A stretch of DNA of 64,000 nucleotides from Proteromonas lacertae (taxonomy: Eukaryota), in contig NGBS01001167.1 in assembly GCA_002245135.1 (NCBI GenBank), positions 186,001 to 250,000 on the forward strand, given 5' to 3'. Position numbers and translations under genes: made by a program. Below the pieces are notes generated by a model, which saw only the letters and a list, made by a program, of their open reading frames with translations, was not told where the DNA came from and made no database searches. Positions 55,369 to 64,000 of this stretch are shown piece by piece (the first letter of the stretch is position 1; each line of letters starts with the position of its first letter).

Positions 55369-57367
55369 ATGGATCTTTTACAAGGTTATGGTGATGATAA
55401 CAATTCAGAACAAACAAAAAATAGTAGTTTAAAACCAGTACTATTAAAATCAAAAATTAATTCAGCACCTGATGTAGATATTACTGATCCAGTATTATTT
55501 TATTTAATTATAATTCATTTTTAGTTTGAAAAGCAATATACAAATGTAGGACAAAGTACAATATATGCAAATAACACTTACGATGAAATGTCAGCTGTTG
55601 TTCAGGTATTTATCAAAAGCTTATAGTTTTATAATAGGGTCCAGCAAAACCTGGATATAATTCTGTAGAAGAATTACAGAAGAACACACATAATGGTTAT
55701 ATTCAAGTATAAATTCACTCTATATTTATTTTTATTAAAATAGAATACAGAAATGGAAGATATACACTTCAAAGAACAAATGTACACATTTCACAATTTT
55801 GGCTATGGCTTAGATCCAACAGGAAACCAAATGATTGGAGATTCAAAGAATATAAAGAAATATTGTGGTAAAACAGCTTTCACATCTGGTGCATTTGCTG
55901 ATATAATTAAGCCAAAAAAGCGAAAATTACCACCAGGAGATCGTATTATATATATATTGTTTTATTTAATTAATAATTTAGCTGGTGATGTTGAAAATTA
56001 TAAAGGACCTTGGGCTGATTATGAAGGTGATGAAGAAGAAAGAATTCCTGATATAGAGAAAGGAACAATGACAGAAGAACAACAAAAGAATTATGAGAAA
56101 TATATCAATAAACAGAACAAAGAAAATAATAACAAATCTGATGAAAATAAAGTGAAGAAACAAATCGGTTTAACTCCCAATGAATGTACAACTGAATGGC
56201 ATGGTGGAGAAAATGATAATAGTAGTGGAAAATCATGGATACAGCCAATAGGAACATATAGAGTAGAACATGATTGTTATATACCAAAACAATGCATTCA
56301 TATATTGTATAATATATATATAAATAATTTGTTTTTATTTTATTTTATTTTATTTTTATAATTAGTAATGGTCATACTAAAGGTGTAAATAGCATTAAGT
56401 TTTTCCCACAGTATGGTAACTTATTATTATCAGGTTCAATGGATGGAACTGTATATATTATTATTATTATTATTATTATTATTAGGTTAAAATATGGGAT
56501 GTAATGAATGATAAACAATGCAAACGAACTTATTCAGGTCATATCACAGGTGTAAGAGAAGTAAACTTTGATAATGATGGAAAACATTTTACATCATTAT
56601 CCTTAGATAAAACTATCAAAATATGGGATACTGAGACAGGAAAATGTTTACAGAGTTTATATCATGGTTCTAGTCCTCAATGTTGTGTTTATTATCCTGA
56701 AGATAATAACATATTATTAGTTGGTTCAGCAAATAAGAAGATATTACAATATGATGTTAGAATGAATACTGTTTTAATGAATTATGAATATCATCAAGGT
56801 TCTGTCAATACTATTACATTTTATGAAGAAAATAAACATTTTATCACTTCTGGTGATGATAGGAAGGTAATTGCATGGGATTTTAGAGTTTCTGCGCCTA
56901 TTAGAATTATTACTGATTCTACGTTGAATGTTATTCCATATGTATGAATTTATATATATTAATATTATATTATAATCATTTAAATAGATGAAAGCTCATC
57001 CTAATGAAAAACAAATATTAGGTCAAGCAATGGATAATAGAGTATATATACACATATTATATATATTATATGATAGATTGTTGTATTTAGTTGTACAGAT
57101 ACTGTTAGATATCAATCCAAAAAAGGATTCAGAGGTCATCATGTTTCTGGCTATAATTGTGGATTAGATATATCACCAGATGGTCAATATGTTTGTTCTG
57201 GAGACGGAACTGGCACATTATTCTTTTGGGATCACAAAACCGCAAAAATAACTAGAAAAATCGTAGCTCATAAGAATTCAGTGTGTGTTGAATGCCAGTG
57301 GCATCCTATTCAACCAAATTATGTCGCAACTTGTGGTTGGGATTCTACAATTAAGCTTTTCGGATAG
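55369..57367 (+). CDS. CDC40: Pre-mRNA splicing factor Prp17 (WD40)
   Basis: [40 protein letters not shown] repeats and WHP..VATCGWD. Confidence 0.92.
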
Positions 57368-57505
57368 ATTTATTAACATATCTGTTATTATAATATTTTC
57401 TTGTTTGTTTTAACAATTCTATAAAGAATAAAAAAGAATTTTCAAAATACATTTTCAAGCCAAAAAGCTTGAAAATTATAGTTTTTTTAAGAATTCTTCA
57501 TCTTA

Positions 57506-58929
57506 ATGGCAAGAAGAGTGGGTAAATATGAGATTGGTAGAACATTGGGAGAAGGAACATTTGGCAAGTATTTCTTGCAATAATATTTATTTTCTAGAGT
57601 TAAAATTGCTGTAGATACTGAAACAGGTGAAAAAGTTGCAATTAAAATCTTAGAAAAAGATAAAATTCAAAAACAAAAAATGGGCACTCAAATAAAACGT
57701 GAAATCTCCATTATGAAAATGATTAGACACGCTAATGTGGTAAATCTACTTGAAGTGCTAGCCAGCAAAACAAAAATATTTATTGTACTGGAATTAGTAA
57801 CGGGTGGTGAATTATTCGACAAAATTGTAGCAGAAGGAAGATTAAAAGAACCAGAAGCTCGTTTTTACTTTACTCAACTAATTAATGGTGTAGAATACTG
57901 TCATTCCCAAGGAATTTGTCATAGAGATTTAAAACCTGAGAATCTTTTATTAGATGATAAATTAAACCTAAAAATCTCTGATTTCGGTTTGAGTAACTTT
58001 TATACAGCTCCAGTCGATGAATCTAATCCAGTATTACTTCATACAACGTGTGGTACTCCCAATTATGTAGCTCCAGAAGTATTACTAGACAAAGGGTATG
58101 ATGGTAAGAAAGCTGATGTTTGGTCAATGGGAGTGATATTATACGTATTAATGGCAGGATATTTACCCTTTGATGAAGAGAATATAAGTGATTTATTCCG
58201 AAAGATTCAAAATGCTGAATATTCAATGCCAAGATGGTTTTCTAAAGAAGGTGCTGATTTAGTAAGATGTATATTAAACCCTGATCCAGAGAAAAGATAT
58301 ACAATTGCAATGATTAAAGAACATCCTTGGATGAAGAAAGGACCTGATTATATTGTATATTGTTATATTATTAATAATATATTATTAAATAGCCAAATGT
58401 AGTAATAAGTGATAGTAAAATGAATGAATCTAAAGCAGGTGATAGTAAATCTCATGGTGTAGATGAAGCAATAACAGATATTACAGCAGAAGAGAAAGAT
58501 GAAAATACTCACAGTATAACGAAACTAACTGGATTTGATATAGTCAATGCTTTTACTACCAATTTATTGAATAAACTAATAACAAAGAATGATACAGAGA
58601 CGTTTAATCGAAATACTTATATAATGTCATCTAAAGATCCAAATTCAATAATTCATATATTAGAGAATGTAGTAAATAATACTGAAAATTTACATTTTGA
58701 AAGTATTAGTAAAGATAGTTATAAATATGAGATAGTAGTGAAAGGAGTAAAACCGATAAATATTCCAGTTCAAATCTATTTAATTAGTAATGAATTATAC
58801 ATGATCGAAATACGTAAAGGTCGAGGAGATATAATGGAATATTATAAGATATATCAAGTATTGGTTCAAGAATTGCAGAAAGCCTTTCATTCTGATCATA
58901 TGTTCAGTAGTCAATTATCTCTTATTTAG
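57506..58929 (+). CDS. SNF1-related Ser/Thr kinase, CBL-interacting (CIPK/SnRK3)-like
   Basis: VGKYEIGRTLGEGTFGKVK, LHTTCGTPNYVAPEV..KGYDG.KAD, a NAF-like segment (KLTGFDIV) and a KA1-like C-terminus (IEIRKGRGDIMEY). Confidence 0.88.
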
Positions 58930-59095
58930 TTTTAATATTTCTTTATATTATATTATTGTTTGTTGTAAAATAATATTTAAAGAATAATGAGTAATTTGTA
59001 TAGTTTATTGAATATTATTAATTATTATAATTCTTCTTTATTAATTAATCCATTCTAAAATATGATATTATGGAAAGTATGTCATTATATTCGTT

Positions 59096-61065
59096 TTTTC
59101 TAAGGTTATCGAATTTATATTCGTTTCATTTTGATGAGGCTATAAATGACTGACATATCTATTTATTTAAAAACAAATAGATTTTTTATTTTAAATCTCT
59201 TAAATGAGAGATAGTACTACTAGTTACCATCATTATCCAAGATGTATTGGACAATATGTCATAATTGCTGTTAATTTAGTATACTTAAAGATTTTATAAA
59301 ATGTAGATTTGGTGTTTGATATTATTAAGTTATGGAATAATTTTATTCAATAAATCATCAATGGGTATTTTTATTTTTAAATTGTAAAAGAATAGGTTTT
59401 AACTTAATTCCAAAAGCATTAGGAGTATATCCTCTAATAGGAATGATTTATACACTAATATCAATGCTATTACTTATTTATTATGGAGAATCTTATGCTT
59501 CAAAAGCGATATCTTCCAGAAATGCTTGTTGTTCTATTTTGCCTCTAATTGTCACATATATTGTAATGATATATGGTAGTACCACATCAACAAAATATCT
59601 TACAAATGAGAATATAAATAATACAATGACATTATGTTGTGGAAATACTACACATTCTAATAAATGTGATTTTATGGAGAAATATGGATGTGAATCATTA
59701 TATATAGCAAGCTATCAGTTTTATGGAGTTGTATATTATTTTTTTATTATAAATACATTATATTTAGTAATAAGTGGATTTTTAACAGTATATATATATA
59801 TGTTATTCATATATTGGGTAGGTATTTTATGGTTATGTAACTAAAAAATTGTTAAAATATGAAGGTAGAATATCTCAAGAAACAATAGAAAATGAAAAAT
59901 TAAAAAAACTATACAACAAGATTAACACTAAAGAAATTAGATCTGTTAGAGAAGAATTAATGAAAAATCCACATGAGAGGAGTTGTTTCAAAACTATAGA
60001 TTTATCAATTTATAATAGAAAATTATATTATTGTTCAGGATTATTGAGTGTATATTTTATATGAATATATTTTAGTTTATATGTGTAATTTTAATTGGAT
60101 GGAGTTCATATGAATTATATCGAACATTTATAATTGGTTATAATCTATTATCAAAGAATATTTACATATGCAAATTAATTTTTTCAATTGTTTTATTAAT
60201 ATATTCAATAAATTTCAAAATAATAATGACAAAATTGCAAGAAAACAAGAAGAAAGGTTATATTGCATTGAAACATGTGATCATTTTAATTATTATTATA
60301 TTTGGCATTTACTTTCTATTTAGCGAAAGTAATATTTCAAATTTTTCTGAAACATTTGATAGTTGTTGTATAAATCATATTTCATCTAGTAAAGTATAAT
60401 AAATAATATATGTTAATATATGTTATGAATCTAGTGTGATTTTTTAGATGAAAATGATTGTAAAAATATTAATGAATATGTAAGAGCTGTTCTTTCTAGA
60501 GCTTATATAAATTATAGCATTTATATAGATGTAATGATATTCATTGCATATATTATTATACTTGTATAAAAACTATTTATTATTGATTATTAGATGTGTG
60601 GATGTTGTTTTAAATTATCCACATTACAAAAAGAAAGAGAAAAAAGACAAGAATTTGAAAGACTTTTGATAAAACTTGGATATGAAGAATTGGTGAATGA
60701 ATATCGAAGTCAGAGTTTCTTATTGAATGAAGAATATAATTAATTAACAATAGTTATAATGAATATAACATAAATATGATATAAATGTATTATGTGTTGT
60801 TATTTACAAGATTATATGATTATCTATACTTATTATTGTTACGTTATGTAGAATATTATGTATATATGTTATTATAATAATCTAATTCTCTTTTCTAAGA
60901 TTATCGAATTTATATTCGTTTCATTTTGATGAGGCTATAAATAACTGATATATCTATTTATTTAAAAACAAATAGATTTTTTATTTAAAAACATTTAATT
61001 GAGTGAGAGCACTATCAGTTACCATCATTATCAAAAATGCATCGAAATATAGATAATTATTGCTA
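59096..61065 (+). repeat. ~170-bp direct repeat (59096-~59270 and 60891-~61065): upstream region plus first codons of the membrane-protein gene
   Basis: Shared ttatcgaatttatattcgtttcattttgatgaggctataaat...agttaccatcattatc. The second copy lacks the ATG. Confidence 0.9.
59204..60743 (+). CDS. Hypothetical polytopic membrane protein with two tetraspanin-like halves
   Basis: Exons joined by eye give about 8 hydrophobic segments and two related Cys motifs, CCGNTTHSNKCDFMEKYGC and CCINHISSSKCDFLDENDC. Confidence 0.6.
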
Positions 61066-61146
61066 TTTATATTGTAGTTAGTTTTATTAATTACACTTCT
61101 TTATAATTCAAAAAACGTTACATCCATGTCCACCTGTAATATGTGT

Positions 61147-63448
61147 TTATTCTACATTTAAGAATTCTTTGGATAATTTTTTCTTCATTTCTTCTGATAT
61201 TCCATCTAATTTAATCATCCTAATTGAAGATAATGTCTCTAAAAATGATTTTAATTCTGATTGATCTATATTCTCTTTCACTGTTATTGATAATTCATCC
61301 AAAATCTCCAAAAAATCTCTGTTTAGTGTCATCATTCTCAATTCTCTTTCATCTAATTCATTTCCTTTTAAATTTAGGTTATTTAGTGGTACATAGTCTC
61401 TCAATCTTTCTATTATCATTTCTAATCCTTTCTCGCTCATTCCAATATCTATTTATATTAAAAAAATGAATTACATTCATAGAATACTTGATAGGTTTAA
61501 TGAAAAATTCGTAACTCTTTCAACAAATATATCCAAATATTTACATATTATCTCCATTCCATCATCTCCAATTGGATTATTGTATATTGAAATATATAAA
61601 TTAGAATAATTTGGAAAAGACTCTGCTAATCCTTTTAATCCTTTATAACTGATATTATTATTGGATAAATCCAGTGTTGCATAATGAATCTTTTTAATAA
61701 TAGAAATGTGAGAATCATTTATATTCATATCTATTTAATAAATATTGATTATATACTTGAAAAATTAAAATCTCCTCTATTCTTCTTACGACAATAATTC
61801 AAATAATATTTCAATTCTTTATTATTCCATGATAAACATTTAATTTGAATAAATGGATAATCCATATTCTCTAATGATTTAGAACATATTGCTTTTAACC
61901 CATTCATTCTAATATTATTACCGTTTAGATATATTGCATTACATACTGGTATTGAATCTAATATGCTTGTCAATAATATAGCACTTTCATCATCAATTGA
62001 AATGTTATTAAAAAACATTACACCAAAGAATTTGTGAAGTAATTCATCCTTTAAATTGTTTAGCAAAAGTTTAAATCCTGTATTACCAATTGGATTATCT
62101 ATTATATATATATATATGAATAAATACTATGAATATATAAAATCTCAATATTATCATTCTCTTTCATATAATCTATCAAATATTCTATTGCTTTTGAATC
62201 AATATTATTATTACTGATATCAAGATTGATTTTTGTATAAATCTTCTTTAAACCATCAATTAAATATTTCAATCCAACTGAAGATAATCCCATTTCTATT
62301 ACATAATAAATATTAATTATTATACTTCTAAAATTACCATGTAATAACCGTAAATGTGGAGATAATATTTTCATACCATCATCTCCTACTTCATTTCCAT
62401 ATAATTGAAGATGTTTAAGGTTTGAAAATGAAGATAAATTGTTAATCAGTAATTTGATACTATTATAAGTTAGTTTATTATCTAATAAATAGAAAAATAT
62501 CATATTATACCACTCAAATATAATATTTCTATTTCTTTTAATTCATTTGATCTTAATGAAATAAATGATTTGAAAAAAATATCATCAATACCTGAATCAC
62601 TCAGATTAAGAAACTGGACATATTTTATTAATTCTGGAATGTCTTTATCTATCAATAATTCTTTACTTCTATTAAAATCAAATTCTATTTTTGATATAGG
62701 AAATTTGGAGAATAAGGCTTTTAATCCTCTTGAATGAATATAATAGTTTTCTGAAATATCTATTTTCTTAAGATTTGGATAGTTATATAATTCTTCTGAT
62801 AATAATATCATTGATTCATCATCTAAATTCATTTCTTTTAAATTCAATTCATTCTTTCTGTTAATCAATACATGCAAATATGGAAGTAATAATTTGAAGC
62901 CTTTTGGACCAATTGGATTTGCTATTTCAAGATAATATAACTAATTAGTATATACATGAAAGATTAACATATTCTAATTTCATAAATGGAATTGATGTAA
63001 CAAATCCTTCTACGAAATAATGAGTAAAAATGCAATCCGACACATCCAATTCTTGAAGATTACGCAAATAATAAAAATAAGATCCAAAAAATAATTGATC
63101 TTCGATTGAAATTTGCATTATATCTAAATAAATAAATTCTATTAATATTATACCAAATTTAATTACAGTTGGATTGACTAGTTTCATTATGTTGAAGAAA
63201 AAGTTCATTCCTACTAAATCAATACATAAACAATCAGATCCAATTACAATTATTTCTTTATAATCAACATAAACACTCTTTATATTTAATATCATTCTAT
63301 CTAAATAATAACTTATACTTTTTCTCCATTTGTGTTTTATTTGGTATTTCAATCGGCTTTGTATAAAATATTCATTAGCGTATAATTTCATCATCAATAA
63401 TAGTAGTTTCAAAAATATCGTTCGATTTGGCTCGAACGTTCGATTCAT
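61147..63448 (-). CDS. RNI-type leucine-rich repeat protein, paralogue of 26493-29872 without the kinase-like region
   Basis: Shares segments such as KALFSKFPISKIEFDFNRSKELL and GNNIRMNGL..ICSKSLEN, and has matching exon structure. Confidence 0.78.
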
Positions 63449-63774
63449 TTTTTTTTAACTTTCTTTTGTTTTTTATTTGATTTTCTAATATATCATAAAT
63501 AAATACATCATAATATATATTTTTGAAAATATAAAATTCCATATCTCTTTCTATTTAACAAAATAAATTAAGTCAAGCTCGAGCCTAAATTCCAAATCGT
63601 TCGAAGTATTTTAAACGCTAACTAGTTGAAATACTTTTGAGTTAATATTTTAAATGGCTACTATATTATATGTATTAATTTTGGCCAACATAAAATCAAA
63701 TGAAAAACCCCTACAAAATATTTTTTTAATTCGGACAATTGTATAAAATTGTATAAAACCTTCTTTTAGGCTAA

Positions 63775-64000
63775 TTACTCTTCTGGGATGTTTGTTATCT
63801 TTCTAATTCGTTTAATGTCATTGTCTAGAACGAAGTCACCCTGTTTGTAAAGACATGCCATACATGCTTCACGATATCTAAAAGCATATTTATGTCTGGT
63901 GGCTTGGCTTGACATTATTTCATTCCAAATTCTTTTTGCAGCTTCTTCTAGGCTATCTAAGTCTTTGAAATTGTTTTCATCTTCACTAATCTTGTGTTTT
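63775..64000 (-). mobile_element. Probable Tc1/mariner (IS630-like) transposase C-terminus, partial
   Basis: Open frame KHKISEDENNFKDLDSLEEAAKRIWNEIMSSQATRHKYAFRYREACMACLYKQGDFVL...*, resembling the post-DDE helices of Tc1-type transposases. No intron and higher GC than the flanks; the catalytic triad is outside the window. Confidence 0.5.

Noticed and set aside
3354..63448. Stop codons created by polyadenylation
   Set aside because: Every gene 3' end I could trace has a genomic TAA, TAG or TGA upstream of the TGTTTGTT motif.
1..64000. Alternative genetic code explaining the fragmented ORFs
   Set aside because: Breaks coincide with tiny GT-AG introns or indels, and all three stops are used as terminators. 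Only the TrxR TGA has recoding support.

Overview
Very AT-rich, gene-dense eukaryotic DNA, not prokaryotic. It holds about 30 protein-coding genes split by tiny GT-AG introns (about 25-45 nt), very short intergenic spacers and one tRNA-Leu(TAA). A TGTTTGTT motif recurs just downstream of stop codons, and there are two tubular-mastigoneme-type EGF proteins. Together these point to a Blastocystis-like (Opalinata) stramenopile, which is an inference. Highlights: (1) a selenoprotein thioredoxin reductase ending G-C-U-G (in-frame TGA) with a well-formed type II SECIS in its 3' UTR; (2) a predicted N-myristoylated giant protein with five adenylate/UMP-CMP-kinase domains, a catalytically dead phosphoglycerate-mutase domain and acidic repeats, including a near-perfect 1 kb internal duplication; (3) one canonical and one greatly expanded mastigoneme-like protein; (4) a tandem double tetraspanin-like protein; (5) a (pseudo)kinase-LRR family; (6) a kinase-less MadBub; (7) a candidate TCAAGC core-promoter motif; (8) a probable Tc1/mariner transposase 3' end at the right edge. 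Many single-base frameshifts in conserved genes look like assembly indel errors. Gene spans were traced by eye and exon boundaries are approximate.
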